Positions 10,772 through 22,604 of a stretch of DNA of 64,000 bases are shown here, piece after piece (within the stretch, counting starts at the first letter, position 1; each line of letters starts with the position of its first letter). Below the pieces are notes generated by a model. That model saw nothing but the letters and a program-made list of their open reading frames with translations. It was not told where the DNA came from and made no database searches. Location of the stretch: contig CM000429.1 in assembly GCA_000165345.1 (NCBI GenBank), forward strand, positions 192,001-256,000. The letters run 5' to 3'. The position numbers and the translations under genes are program-made.

Positions 10772-11419
10772 ATGAGTACTCAAGCATTGGAGAAAATTAC
10801 TAATAAATCAGAAAAGGAAAAGATCAAAAAGGAACTATACGATGAGTACGAGATTTTCAAAGTTTCAAACATTTACAATGAAATGGACTTGACCAAAGCC
10901 ATTTCAAATGTGATTTCCTCGATTATTACTCTCTCAGGCCTGGAAGAACAGATTCAAATTTACCACAGAAAAAATATCCTAATGTTAATTGCAACTGTTT
11001 TTGGAATATTTGGAGCTGTAGTATTCAAATTTCCAAAAGATCAATGGTTTATTCTTATTTGTGTTGTAGGATTCTTTCTTTCCATGTTTGGTACATTTCT
11101 AATTGATGTAAAATCTCCATTTTCAGGTTTCACAAACTCATATATTGTTCCCAAAAAACTCCAAGAGAAAGGTGGATTTTCCTTAAAGAATATATGGAAC
11201 TATGATAAGGATGCATGCTACATTACACCAAAATTAAATCGTGCTTCAAACGATATTGAATTTTTGCTTCAAAATCAAAACCACCAAGTGTCAAAAACCA
11301 TATATGTTGGAAAATTATTCACACTTGACGGTTATATAAATACTGATGAAATTTTTGAAGTTATTAGCAAGCTAATTGTGGAATTATATGAAAAATCTAA
11401 CGAAAAGAAGAAGAAATAA
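10772..11419 (+). CDS. Small membrane protein (215 aa) with two closely spaced TM helices. Its size and topology resemble signal peptidase complex subunit 2 (SPC25), but that assignment is tentative.
   Basis: ATG start. Two hydrophobic spans (ILMLIATVFGIFGAVVF and FILICVVGFFLSMFGTFLI) sit mid-protein, followed by a charged tail. The resemblance to SPC25 is by topology only. Confidence 0.5.
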   Translation: MSTQALEKITNKSEKEKIKKELYDEYEIFKVSNIYNEMDLTKAISNVISSIITLSGLEEQIQIYHRKNILMLIATVFGIFGAVVFKFPKDQWFILICVVGFFLSMFGTFLIDVKSPFSGFTNSYIVPKKLQEKGGFSLKNIWNYDKDACYITPKLNRASNDIEFLLQNQNHQVSKTIYVGKLFTLDGYINTDEIFEVISKLIVELYEKSNEKKKK

Positions 11420-12198
11420 ATAAATAATTTACATTTTGATTTTTTCACTTCCAAATGAAATTATTCCTATATTACGTGTATTAGTTTCAAGGCAAAATGC
11501 CAGGAAATGGGCTGGCTTTTAGATATTTACTTAGCCAGATATCGCTAATTATAAAGTTATCTTCTTTAATTTCCTATCCCAATTGTTATTTCTTTTTTCT
11601 CCCTGTTCACACGAAATTCCCTTTAATTTATCTTATTTTACCCACAGCCATGTAAAATAACTGTTCCACCCCCCATTCTGACTGCACTGATTAAACTGCG
11701 GGTGAATGGCGCCAATTCCACTTTGACATTTAATTAATAATCAAGTCAAAAAAATCCTAATTCCAATAAATCAAAAAAAAAAAGAAATCCCATTAAAATG
11801 GGAAGAGTATATATTTGAGATATTTTCGGAAGGGATTTGATAAAATGCCGAAGTTATCTGAATATTCAAAAGAAATTTCAAAAATAAGACGTAAGTTTTA
11901 CTTTTCCAGGCTCCGACTTAGTATTTCCAGCCCAGCAGCGCAATGTGGGAAATTGCATGCATGCAACACTGTTTGCAAATTTGCTGCCATTTATGTGTGC
12001 TGACATTAACAGAAAATAATTAACTTGAAAAATGTGAAATTTTAGAATCTCTAAATTATTCCCTTTTGGAAAATGACTCTGAAGTTCAGAGGTTAATTCA
12101 AAACAACGATCGTGCCCCTAAGAACAAAAACAAGACTTTTAATACTAAGAATGTGTGTGAATCATTTGCAATATTGTCAAATATGGAGGATCCTGCAG

Positions 12199-12273
12199 GT
12201 AAGTAAAGAAACATGAATTGCACTCGAATTCCTCACTTTAAAACAACTAACAATTCAATATTTTTTCAATTTA
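12199..12273 (+). other. Predicted 75-nt GT-AG intron (GTAAGTAAAG...TTTTTCAATTTAG). It joins a short first exon (ATG at ~12183, encoding MEDPA) in frame to the 12277 ORF.
   Basis: The sequence ATGGAGGATCCTGCAG|GTAAGT...TTTAG|AGTTGGATTTAGTC splices in frame to give M-E-D-P-A-E-L-D-L-V-T-E-G. The unspliced read hits TAA inside the intron. The ORF-track start at 12277 is a TTG, not ATG. Coordinates are +/-1. Confidence 0.45.
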
Positions 12274-12276
12274 GAG

Positions 12277-15200
12277 TTGGATTTAGTCACGGAGGGCCCA
12301 AAGGAAAAATACAAAAAACAGATTCTAGGACTAATGAAGAATGATTTAAAGAAGAATAAGGAATTAAAAAGTGTGAGACAAGATAGAAACTATACGACAA
12401 AGAGTATTGGAATGGAATCATCTCTGAAACTTGGAATGAAAGCATTTTCATATTCAAGTGGTGCAGAGTGGAATCCAATGAATCCAAGCCTAATATGGAG
12501 AAAAAACAAGGAAAATGACGATGCATCCACAATTTCTTCATCATTCTCAAACCAAAAAGCTTTAATGAACAACCCAGGAATTATTCGAGAGTTGGAGAAT
12601 GAACTTGGACCAGTTAAAGGTTCAATCATGCTTGCAGCAACAGGAGAAAAGCTTCGAGATATTAATATTGGAAACTCTTCGATTGCAAAAGAAGTTTGGA
12701 AAGATGAACCTTTGTCTCATATTACAAAACTTACTCAGCAAGAAAGAGAGAAACAACAACTGGGATATAATTACCAAGAATCGATATATGACAATTTTGG
12801 GGTAAAACCAACAGAACTGGTAAAAATGACTGATTTTGGAAACATTAAATTACCAGTGAGAAGTGTCTTGACAATGTCTCAAGAAGCATCAAAAGAGGTG
12901 GAAAAGAAAATTTTGGATAAAGAAGGAAATCTAGAAATGAAACTTTTGAATGCAGTAGATCCCTTTAAGCAAAAATTCCACCATAATGATATGCCAGAGA
13001 ATAGGATGTTCTGTGATAGGAAGTCTTCAAAAATAGATAGACTTTATAAAAACCTTAATAATTTGAAGGATCAGATTCTTTTTGAGGATGAAATTTCCAA
13101 AGATAGAGAGAAAGAACATGAAAATGACTTGATGAAGTTACGAGCTTTTAATACTAACTTTGAAAAGCATCTTGGATTTAAACTTAGTGGGAAAGTTTCT
13201 TTAGATAATATTGGAGAACGAGTCATTTCCTTGGGAACTGATAATACTTCAAAGCAAATAGGAAAAGAGTTCAAAGAATTAAGACGACAACTTGGTTGGG
13301 AAAAAAATACAGAAAAAAATTTTAAGAACGAAGAAAAAGAATTTAATATGTATGGAAATCTTTTGGACCAAAAAAATATATCAAATGAAGCTCTCATTGA
13401 TCGTCTAATTGAAAATACAACTCTTTATCCTTGTTTTGATGAGGTACTCTTTGAAAATACTTTCAGAATACATCCTGACAAAAATAGAAATCATGTCTCA
13501 TTGATAACAGACTATTTGGATGCTACCTCAGTCTTAAGTTCCAGTGATATCCTTCTTAATATTCACAAAAAACAGTATACTCCTCCTTTGGCTGAGAACT
13601 TTCCCAAAGGTCTCCCATCCATTGTCCAAGATCCTCGTGTAATTTGGCAAAAAGAGTTCCTTAATATTCCATATGAAGTTACAGCTGATTTGATTAGAAA
13701 GATTCAAAGAGGTTTCTGGGACGAAATTTCGAATGATATAGCAAAAAGCAGTTATGGATCAATTTCAATATCTTCTGTTGAATCTATTACTAATATCAAG
13801 AAGTTTATTTTGAATGAACTCAGCTATAATTCCATATATAACGTTGATGAACCATTTGATGTCTCACCACCGAAACTACCTCCTATTGAAAGAGAACAAC
13901 AAGGAAGGATGTTAGGATCTAGTTCAAAATTTCAGCAACAAAATAACAAACTCGTTATAACTCCAAAGTTGAAATTTGGATTTGGAGGTACGAACCTAAT
14001 TTCTGGATCTATCTCTAAAATTGGAAATAAAATATTTAAAGGATCTATTTCTAGTCCTAATTCTAATGAGAGTTCCAAACCAGAGACTTTCAGAAATGAT
14101 GTCACTGTTGTTAAGTACATTCCTGATTGTGAACTATATGAGACAGCACTTTGGGGTAGATATGAATTTCCAAATGATGATTCCAATAAAGGAATTATAC
14201 GAAAAGTTAAGAATACAGAAATTAATGAAGGAGAACCTTTATATAGAGAGAATGTAATCTCAATGTCAAATGAATGGAGAGAAGATATGGAAAAGCAAAT
14301 TAGTGAAAGAAAGAAAGGAGTAGAGATGCTCGTTAATTCTCAAGAAAATAGGTCTTCTCTTCAAAACTTTACTTTGAACTTAAACAAAATTATTGATTCA
14401 AAGATTCAAAATATGGATAAAAAAGAACTCTCAAAGTTGAAAGAAATCCTTAAAGATCGTGAAGGTTTAGAAGAATTAAGTAAGACTCAGATTTCTGGAA
14501 AAGGAACAACTCTAGGAGACAATAATAAGATTCATAAAAATAGTGGACAGTTAAATATAACAGGATTTAAAAATATTGGATTTTCTAGTATTGGAATCAA
14601 TAAAGAAGGTACTTATAATCATTTGGATTCTCCAGATATCAGTAAAATTGGAATTCAACAAAACAATATCTTCAAAAAGATTAAAAATTCTCAGAAAACT
14701 GTTAAGAATAAAGTTGGTATGGCAAATATAAATGATGACTATGATGATGATGAAAGTTCTGTTAGGGACGATGATTCAGAAGAATTTGAAGATCTTTCAA
14801 GTGAAAATGAGGAAGATTATAGACAAATCTGTGAGACAATTCACATTGCTCCATGGGAGCCAACTAACTTAATGATGACAAAGAATCTATTCAAATCAAC
14901 AAATAATCTCTTTTCTACTTTATCTATTTTGATAACAAAAGATTCAAAGATTAAGAGTAGAGTTGAGCTTCATGAACTTGGAGAACATGGAATTATTGTT
15001 TGGATGTCTCGTGATCCTATTGGACTTAAAGAGAAGATCTTAAATTGTTGTACCGATATTAAAACAAAATTAAGAGTTAAAGGTGGGATATACTTCACTC
15101 CTGATAGTGATATATCTCCAATTGAACCTTGTACTGAAATCCCTGGAAATTTTACTTTTTCAGTAACTGGAGTTAATTTGCCTCATCTTATTTTGAATAA

Positions 15201-16530
15201 GAGTTCTATCAAACAATTGGAATGTGTTAAGAAATATGTCAAAAATTATGAGAATTCATTCAATGAACTTTCTAATAATGGTAGTATAAGTAATTTTAAT
15301 GGGAATGATCCAATGTATCAAAAATCTCTAAATACAGGAATTAAATACAATGAAAATAATCTTGTTAATGATTCTCCAATATTAGAACAAACTCAATTTG
15401 GAATCAATGCAGATACAGATATTGAAATAATTACAAGATATGATAAGAAAAGCATTAATAATATTGATGTAATGAATTTGATTCCAGCATTGAATAATAA
15501 TCAGATTTCTGGTCAGAATACAATTTTGGTAGTATCAGAAAATCCTTTTATAAAAGGAATACTTCCATTAACTTTGTCAGATTTTCCAAAGACTACAATG
15601 AAGTTTAGTTTAAGAAGGAATCGTTTATTATTGTGGAGATCAATAAAGTGTCAGATTTGGAAGACTCAATATATTGAATATTGTTTTAAGAGTTCAGTAG
15701 TTCCAGCAAAAAAGGTGATAACATTTATTTCAAATGCTTTTTTGAAATCAAATACTTCAAATTCTTTTGATATGGGAGGATTAATATTTAACGAGACTTT
15801 ATTTTCTCATTGTATTAATGTTGCTTTATCCAGAAAAGACCCTAAAGAAATGATTTTCAGGGGTTGTTATATGGGAGATGATGGTTTTCATGCAATTTTC
15901 CCTTTACTAACTCAAGTAAAATCTTTAGGAAAATTGGATTTGGGGATGAATAATTTAACAGCTCGTTCTTTACCTTTAATATTAGAGGTTGTGAAAGGAT
16001 GTAATTGTAAGAAACTCTTATTGGACTTTAATAATTTGGGTCCAAACAAGACAAAGCGTGAATTTTCAGTCTTCTTTAAACATATACTATTTTCAACGAG
16101 TATAGAACATTTGAATCTTTCAAGAAATAAAATTAATGGAAGATGTATTGACTCTTTGGATACTATTTTGGATAACTTGGGGATGAAAAATAAGACTTTA
16201 GAGACTTTAAGTTGGTGTTCAAATGGAAATACTCAACCTGAGATTGAGACATTATTACTTGCTCTTCAACCTTGTTGTGTAAATCTTTCAAAGGTGTTTT
16301 TAGGAGGAAATCCTATTGAAAGGATTGATGCTTTTAAAAGGAGATTTAGTCCAATTCGTATAATCATGGAGGATATAAGTTCTCATTATGTTACCAAAGC
16401 TGGAGTTAATCAAGGAGAAGGTAGCTACTTTTCAGATTCTAAAGAGAGAAAATCAAGAGGAATGAGTAGGAAAAGTCTTACATCAAATTCTAATTTGAGT
16501 TATACAAACTCTGGTTTGTTTAGTCAGTGA
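12277..16530 (+). CDS. Large hypothetical protein (about 1420 aa) with a C-terminal RNI-like leucine-rich repeat domain.
   Basis: A 4.25-kb open frame. The C-terminal ~250 aa show LxxLxLxxN repeats (LDLGMNNLT, LNLSRNKING, LETLSWCSNGN) typical of ribonuclease-inhibitor-like LRRs. The rest has no recognisable domain. Confidence 0.75.
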   Translation: MDLVTEGPKEKYKKQILGLMKNDLKKNKELKSVRQDRNYTTKSIGMESSLKLGMKAFSYSSGAEWNPMNPSLIWRKNKENDDASTISSSFSNQKALMNNPGIIRELENELGPVKGSIMLAATGEKLRDINIGNSSIAKEVWKDEPLSHITKLTQQEREKQQLGYNYQESIYDNFGVKPTELVKMTDFGNIKLPVRSVLTMSQEASKEVEKKILDKEGNLEMKLLNAVDPFKQKFHHNDMPENRMFCDRKSSKIDRLYKNLNNLKDQILFEDEISKDREKEHENDLMKLRAFNTNFEKHLGFKLSGKVSLDNIGERVISLGTDNTSKQIGKEFKELRRQLGWEKNTEKNFKNEEKEFNMYGNLLDQKNISNEALIDRLIENTTLYPCFDEVLFENTFRIHPDKNRNHVSLITDYLDATSVLSSSDILLNIHKKQYTPPLAENFPKGLPSIVQDPRVIWQKEFLNIPYEVTADLIRKIQRGFWDEISNDIAKSSYGSISISSVESITNIKKFILNELSYNSIYNVDEPFDVSPPKLPPIEREQQGRMLGSSSKFQQQNNKLVITPKLKFGFGGTNLISGSISKIGNKIFKGSISSPNSNESSKPETFRNDVTVVKYIPDCELYETALWGRYEFPNDDSNKGIIRKVKNTEINEGEPLYRENVISMSNEWREDMEKQISERKKGVEMLVNSQENRSSLQNFTLNLNKIIDSKIQNMDKKELSKLKEILKDREGLEELSKTQISGKGTTLGDNNKIHKNSGQLNITGFKNIGFSSIGINKEGTYNHLDSPDISKIGIQQNNIFKKIKNSQKTVKNKVGMANINDDYDDDESSVRDDDSEEFEDLSSENEEDYRQICETIHIAPWEPTNLMMTKNLFKSTNNLFSTLSILITKDSKIKSRVELHELGEHGIIVWMSRDPIGLKEKILNCCTDIKTKLRVKGGIYFTPDSDISPIEPCTEIPGNFTFSVTGVNLPHLILNKSSIKQLECVKKYVKNYENSFNELSNNGSISNFNGNDPMYQKSLNTGIKYNENNLVNDSPILEQTQFGINADTDIEIITRYDKKSINNIDVMNLIPALNNNQISGQNTILVVSENPFIKGILPLTLSDFPKTTMKFSLRRNRLLLWRSIKCQIWKTQYIEYCFKSSVVPAKKVITFISNAFLKSNTSNSFDMGGLIFNETLFSHCINVALSRKDPKEMIFRGCYMGDDGFHAIFPLLTQVKSLGKLDLGMNNLTARSLPLILEVVKGCNCKKLLLDFNNLGPNKTKREFSVFFKHILFSTSIEHLNLSRNKINGRCIDSLDTILDNLGMKNKTLETLSWCSNGNTQPEIETLLLALQPCCVNLSKVFLGGNPIERIDAFKRRFSPIRIIMEDISSHYVTKAGVNQGEGSYFSDSKERKSRGMSRKSLTSNSNLSYTNSGLFSQ

Positions 16531-17498
16531 TCTGTGAGATGGGGGTCATTAGAAAAAAGGATTAAAAGAGATGGAGGAAGAGGGGGAGGGGAGAGTAGTA
16601 AGAATATCGTAATAGAAATCAAGGAAAGAAGAAGAAGCTATTTCCTACCTTTTTATTAGGTATAATTATTATCTAGATAGAGTTTAAACATATTAATTTA
16701 TATAATAACTTTTTCCCCAATAATAATATTAAATATGAATAAAAAAATAGTATGAAAAAAAAAAATGAAGAAGAAAGTAAAATCCTTCCAATATAAGATA
16801 TAAAGGATAAAAAAAAATCTACGAATTTTCCACTTTTCAACACTTTCTTTAACTTTGATGATGTGTTTTTATTTACAAACTTTATTTGTTTTTCTTTCTT
16901 TCATTCATTCTTTCTCTTTCTAAATATTTTTATCTATCTTTATTTACTCCTGGAGATCACCCCCTTTACCTGGATCTATTTTTCAAACCTAATGAAGAGG
17001 CAGCGCATGCAAGATCGGCATGCAAAAAAATTCCCGCCACCTGTACTAAGAATGGGCGGGTTTTGCCAATAAGTAAAATGATGTGGTGCAATAGTTGATT
17101 GATTAGTTGGAGGAATATAGTTAAGAGATTGGTTATAGGTTGGAAATAGGGAACAGTAGCTTAAAGTAGTAGGTGAATAGATATAAAGGGCTTATTATTA
17201 TAATTATAGCTATTTTCTGTACTTGTTATTACGAGGGATAAACACAAGGGGTAAATAATAGGAATAGAGGAGAAAAAAAGAAAGGAGAGGAATTCCAAGC
17301 TCATTGAAAAGAGGATTAATCAGAGCAGTTATTATAATTATTATAGTAATAAATAAGCTTTAAGAAAGCGGAGAGGAAAGGATATAAAAGGAAAGAAAAG
17401 AAAGAAACTGAAAGTTTATAAGAATATAAAAGGAAGAGTTTATTGTATTAACTGGAAATTGAATATCAAATTTTCATCATTTATAAAGTAAATATAAA

Positions 17499-19472
17499 AT
17501 GAATTATATTATTTTTCTGCATACAGCTTACCTAATACTTGCTAGAATAAGTTTTGGTTTTGGGGAAGAACTTCGTCTCTCAAACTCGAACAATTTCGGA
17601 AAGAATGATATTAACAATGGTAATAATTCACTTTATGTAAGTAATTCAACCAATAATAATTCTTCCAATAATAGATTTACAACAACAACAACAACAACAA
17701 CAACAGTTAGCACATTAATGACAGCAAATACCATTATTAATAAAAGTAATGAAATTGATGTTGGATTTCAAATAACAACTCCTGGTCCAAAATATGTACA
17801 GAATCTGTTAAATGCTGGTGGAGTATCCAATAGTGAGTCATTAGTAAAACAACTGGGGCTTGAAGATCTCTCAGAATTTACAAAAATAGACTCAGTAGTA
17901 TTATTTTATGTACCATGGTGTGTATATTGTCGAGGAATTATGCCTGAATTTGAAAAAGCTGCAAATATATTTAAAGGGAAGAAAATAAGTTTTGGGAAGA
18001 TTGATTGTAATGAGCATCGTAAAGTAGTATTATTGGAACAAGTAATTAGATTTCCAACAATTAAAATATATTCTGAGGGTCAAAGCCAATATTATTCTGG
18101 GCTTCCAAATTCTGTTTCAATTGTCAATTTCGTGAATAGCGAATTCAACAGAGATATTTCAATTTCCAGTTTGAGTGTACTTGAAGTTTTCCTAAATACA
18201 GATAACAGTTCTATCAAAGCAGTAGCAATCGTTGATCATGAAAATAATGATGAAAGTGATTCAATGTCTTTAGTTTCTTCTTCATATTCAAAACTGAGCC
18301 ATAAATATCATAATATTTTCTTTGCACATACTTTAACTAATAATACTGAAGTTTTGAACTTTATCAAAAATTATTCAAAAGATAATAATAAATCAAGAAA
18401 TGTGATAAACCATAGTAATTCAATAAAGGAAAATACTTTAGCAATTTTTACACCTTGGGATGATAATTCAGATAAACAAGATGATTTTAATAAAAATGAT
18501 GGGAATAAACATGGGCTGATTTTGATTGATAAAGTAGATTTTAGTAACTTTGAGAATTTGGAGAAACAAATTTTAAAATACCAATATCCATTAATTACTG
18601 AATTTGATCCTTTAATTGCTCAAAAATTATTTTTGGGTGAAAAAACAATTTCTTTCCTCTTCGTCAACAATGATGTACCAAATTTGAAATTAATAATGGA
18701 GAAATATAGAGAAATAGCAAGGCAATTCAGAGGGGAGATCCTCTTTGTTAAATCAGGAACTAATCTTGCTCATGAGAGAAGAATTGCCCAAGTTTTGATA
18801 CCAGAAGAATGTAAACTTCCTTGTATTTCCATAATAAAGTTTCCAAGTGTTGATGAAGGGAAGATGATCGCTCCAACCTTACCAAATATGCCTCCAATGA
18901 AACGCCCTCAAGCTCCACTAATTTATAGATGTCGGTTTTCTGGGCCAGACTTACTGAAAAATTCAAATCTTGAACACTTTATTCAAGATTTTGTATCAGG
19001 AAGACTGAACCCATATTTTAAAAGTGAAGAACCTCCATCTGAAGAGGATAACGATGGACCAGTTCGTATAGTAGTTTCAAAAACATTCAAAAAAGAAGTA
19101 ATTGAAACAAATTTGGATGTCTTGATAGTTTTTTATGCTCCTTGGTGTGGTCATTGTAGAAAATTGGAACCAGATTATAATGTTCTTGCTCAAAGACTAC
19201 GTGGCATTAGTGATAAGCTTAAGATTGCAAAGATTGATGGATCTCAGAATGAAGTTGAGAATATACAAATTTTGGGTTATCCCTCGATTCTATTATTTAA
19301 ATCAGAAATGAAGACTGAACCAATTTTGTATAATGGCGACAGATCTGTTGCAAACATGATAGAATGGATTTCTAAAAATGCAAGCTTTAAATTTGACCAT
19401 ATGCAGTATTTAAATCCTGAGCTAGCTTTTGAAGATGATGATCTTGATATGGCAATTTCTCATGAATTATGA
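17499..19472 (+). CDS. PDI: Protein disulfide isomerase: signal peptide, two thioredoxin domains (WCVYC and WCGHC), and a C-terminal SHEL ER-retrieval-like tail.
   Basis: The N-terminal hydrophobic signal is MNYIIFLHTAYLILARISFGFG. The active sites are VPWCVYCRG and APWCGHCRK. It ends in ...AISHEL. Confidence 0.88.
   Translation: MNYIIFLHTAYLILARISFGFGEELRLSNSNNFGKNDINNGNNSLYVSNSTNNNSSNNRFTTTTTTTTTVSTLMTANTIINKSNEIDVGFQITTPGPKYVQNLLNAGGVSNSESLVKQLGLEDLSEFTKIDSVVLFYVPWCVYCRGIMPEFEKAANIFKGKKISFGKIDCNEHRKVVLLEQVIRFPTIKIYSEGQSQYYSGLPNSVSIVNFVNSEFNRDISISSLSVLEVFLNTDNSSIKAVAIVDHENNDESDSMSLVSSSYSKLSHKYHNIFFAHTLTNNTEVLNFIKNYSKDNNKSRNVINHSNSIKENTLAIFTPWDDNSDKQDDFNKNDGNKHGLILIDKVDFSNFENLEKQILKYQYPLITEFDPLIAQKLFLGEKTISFLFVNNDVPNLKLIMEKYREIARQFRGEILFVKSGTNLAHERRIAQVLIPEECKLPCISIIKFPSVDEGKMIAPTLPNMPPMKRPQAPLIYRCRFSGPDLLKNSNLEHFIQDFVSGRLNPYFKSEEPPSEEDNDGPVRIVVSKTFKKEVIETNLDVLIVFYAPWCGHCRKLEPDYNVLAQRLRGISDKLKIAKIDGSQNEVENIQILGYPSILLFKSEMKTEPILYNGDRSVANMIEWISKNASFKFDHMQYLNPELAFEDDDLDMAISHEL
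17679..17705 (+). repeat. (ACA)n coding trinucleotide repeat, giving a poly-Thr run inside the PDI N-terminal region.
   Basis: acaacaacaacaacaacaacaaca encodes TTTTTTTT. Confidence 0.8.
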
Positions 19473-19620
19473 TTCAAAAAGCTCAAAAGTTTTAATTATT
19501 TGTTTAATTATGCTTTCTCATTAGTGAAATATAATTTATATAATAATTTTTTTTCTTTTAATTCTTTGATTATAATTATATTATTTTTCCTTAAATTTAG
19601 AAGAGTTTTAACATATTTGT

Positions 19621-21423
19621 CTATCTATTTTGAGTATTCATATTTTGTTCATTATATATGTTATTACCACCATTATTTAGAATTTGTCCTCTTTGAACTA
19701 AAGAGTTTCTTACTGCTTGCTTATTCATTTTTTCATTACCAACATGAGATTTATTAAAGTAAGCTGTTCCAATTGGATTTTTCCAAGTACAATACGTATA
19801 GAATGTATTTAAGCTTGGGAAACAACTTGATGATATTCTTGAAGTTGGGGCAATATTATAATTAAAATGATGATTTATATTCATTTGATTTGAACAGCAT
19901 TTACAACTCGGAAGATATGTATTGGCTTCTTCTGATTCGTGCTGAACTGGAATATTTTCATCAAGAATTTTAATTAACTGCAATTTAGTTGTACATTTCC
20001 AAGAATTATCTATTGTTATTGGTTGGTAATTTGTAAAAAAGTGATGAGATAAAGATTCTTGGGCAGAAATTCTTTTTGAGGGACTTTTTTCTAACAATCT
20101 CCTTAATAAATCAATTACATCTTCAACCCAATTAACATCTCCAAAAGTATAATGAGTTGAAATATGCTCATTAATTTTTTTTTCAATATTTGAAAAATCA
20201 AATCGAAGTATCTTTTCATTTGCATTGCAGTGGATTTGATGATTGCATTCAATCAATCTTTGACCTGTAATTAATTCATATAAAATAGTTCCAATAGACC
20301 ACATATCAACCTTTTCATCATAGTCATTATTTAAATATACTTCAGGAGCTGTAGCAAAGCATGTACAACAATGTCCTTTGAGTCTTCCACCAATTGACAT
20401 TCCTGAGTTTCCCAAATCACATATTTTCATTTGAGAGTTACAAGTATTAATATCTCGTACAACATCAGTTAACATCAAGTTTGCTGTCTTTAAATCTCTA
20501 TGAACAACTCCTTTTGAATGCATTTGACTTATTCCAACCAATAAAGTATACATTAGATTTCTCACAGAGTTTATTGGAAGACCGTTTTTGTATTTAAATC
20601 TTAAAAGCTGACGTATTGTTCCTCCATGAAATAGTTCCATAATCAAATACTCTCTATTGTCGGTTCTGTTTTGGAACCAATCCAATTTTTTTACAACATA
20701 ATCACTTTTGCATTTCTCCAAATAATCTGCTTCCCTAGAAAGTGAACCTGACATTTCTGATTTAACAGCAACAAATTCAAAAGTTTCTCTGTTTAAGCCT
20801 AAAAATACTTCTCCATTACCTCCCTTTCCAAGTGAAGCTTCAGTAAAAACCAAATAGCTTTTTCCCATATCCTCTTGGAGCTTTTTTTCGGTTGTATCTT
20901 TATATTTAGTTTTTGAGTTAGATATTTCATCTATTAACATTTTATGAGAATTTTCCTTGGAATTAATTTTATAAGCTTGGATTTCAGTATTGAACATAAT
21001 CTTTGAACCAATCAAATCGGAAACATCCTGGGTTTTCAATACAAATGCAATATTACACTCATTTGGTTGAGATGTCATTACTCTTAATTTAGTACCAGAA
21101 GAAACCACAATAATATCTGGAAATAGTGGGATTGGTAAATAAGATCCTGTAACACAATCTTTGTAGAAGTATTTACATGACTCTGCTTGATTGTTGTCTC
21201 CTTTTCTTGTTAGCCTAAATTCACGATCCTCATTCTTAATCCATAGGTCAAAACTTGTTGTAATGCAAGCTGGTGGATCCGGATATGAAATATCAACGTC
21301 TGTGATTCCATCTTCAGGACCTATTCTGTATCTCACGTTTGCCCTCAGAGTGTGGACTTGTACAATTGGAGAGACTTGAAGTAGGAAATAAATGTTTTCT
21401 AAATTATTCAAAATTGAAACCAT
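19621..21423 (-). CDS. Ser/Thr protein kinase (600 aa) with a ~200-aa N-terminal extension.
   Basis: It has a glycine loop GKGGNGEVF, VAVK, HRDLKTANLML, DLGNSGM, the APE-region APEVY, and DMWSIG. Confidence 0.8.
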   Translation of the reverse strand: MVSILNNLENIYFLLQVSPIVQVHTLRANVRYRIGPEDGITDVDISYPDPPACITTSFDLWIKNEDREFRLTRKGDNNQAESCKYFYKDCVTGSYLPIPLFPDIIVVSSGTKLRVMTSQPNECNIAFVLKTQDVSDLIGSKIMFNTEIQAYKINSKENSHKMLIDEISNSKTKYKDTTEKKLQEDMGKSYLVFTEASLGKGGNGEVFLGLNRETFEFVAVKSEMSGSLSREADYLEKCKSDYVVKKLDWFQNRTDNREYLIMELFHGGTIRQLLRFKYKNGLPINSVRNLMYTLLVGISQMHSKGVVHRDLKTANLMLTDVVRDINTCNSQMKICDLGNSGMSIGGRLKGHCCTCFATAPEVYLNNDYDEKVDMWSIGTILYELITGQRLIECNHQIHCNANEKILRFDFSNIEKKINEHISTHYTFGDVNWVEDVIDLLRRLLEKSPSKRISAQESLSHHFFTNYQPITIDNSWKCTTKLQLIKILDENIPVQHESEEANTYLPSCKCCSNQMNINHHFNYNIAPTSRISSSCFPSLNTFYTYCTWKNPIGTAYFNKSHVGNEKMNKQAVRNSLVQRGQILNNGGNNIYNEQNMNTQNR

Positions 21424-22604
21424 GAGTTTTCTTCTTCAGTGGCTTGAAATATTAACACATCCCTACTAATTTGTCAAAGTAGACTCTGTTTTTTTTTTAA
21501 ATAGATTTAATAATTTTCTTTAATTGTTATTAAATTAATTAGTAAAATATTAGTTAATTATTGAATAAACAAATTCATATATAAATATATATATTTTGAT
21601 ACTTAATTTTTTTTTTCTCAATTTTTTAATTCTTTCTGCAAATTATTATTTCAAGATGAAAGCACTTTATAATTGAATAAAAGACAAACTCTAATTATTT
21701 TTTTTTTCTTCTCTTGTGAGAAAATTGAGCAGTCTTTTATGCTGTCCTTTTCCCTAATACTCTCAAAATCCCATTATTTTCTTCTTTATTAATAAAATTC
21801 ATATATTACATATATACCCATGCACGTATTTAAATATAGTCAATTTTTTTTTTAAAAATTTGCAACAAGACTGCACACAACACGTGTCATTTTGCATGTA
21901 CAAAATTGCAATACCGGCGTGGCAGCAGTTCCACATGAAAATACACCGGTACTAAAACACTTGCATAAATTTTTGTCCACATGACATTGGAATTATAAAA
22001 AAAATGACAACGGATGAGATACAAAATTTGAATATTTTACTTTAAATAATTGACAAAATAATGAGTTTTTAATACGAAAACAAGATATGAATTTAATGCA
22101 AACATATAAATGTATATATTTTTAAAATTATTCTCTCGATAATTGGGGACTTTTATATTAGTCTAACCATTTTCAAAAGGAGCGCATGCAGGTTATCCAC
22201 ATGCACATGCACTTTGGCAAACATTTTTTTAGCAATAAATTACCGGCATGATAATACAGATTTTAAGTCTTAACTAGAAATTGAGGATTTTTTTTTAATT
22301 AAAAATTAAGATGCTAGTTATTTTAAAAAGATTTAATCTATAAAAAAAAATTGACTTTTTATTCCAAATTAATATTTTAATGAGGGGACAAGGTAGAAAT
22401 ATATTTGTGGGGAGCTTGGTGGGGCAATGCAAAAACAATAGATTTAATTAGGCGGAAACAGAATAAAAAAAAAAAAAATTAAGATCACCAAGAGAAAAAA
22501 GACCAAGTTTGAATAGGTAACAAGAATCAATTAGCTAAATATCGAGAATTTAAGTTCGACCCAGTATTGCCAAATTTTCTATAAAATAGTGAAATGTTGG
22601 CCTG

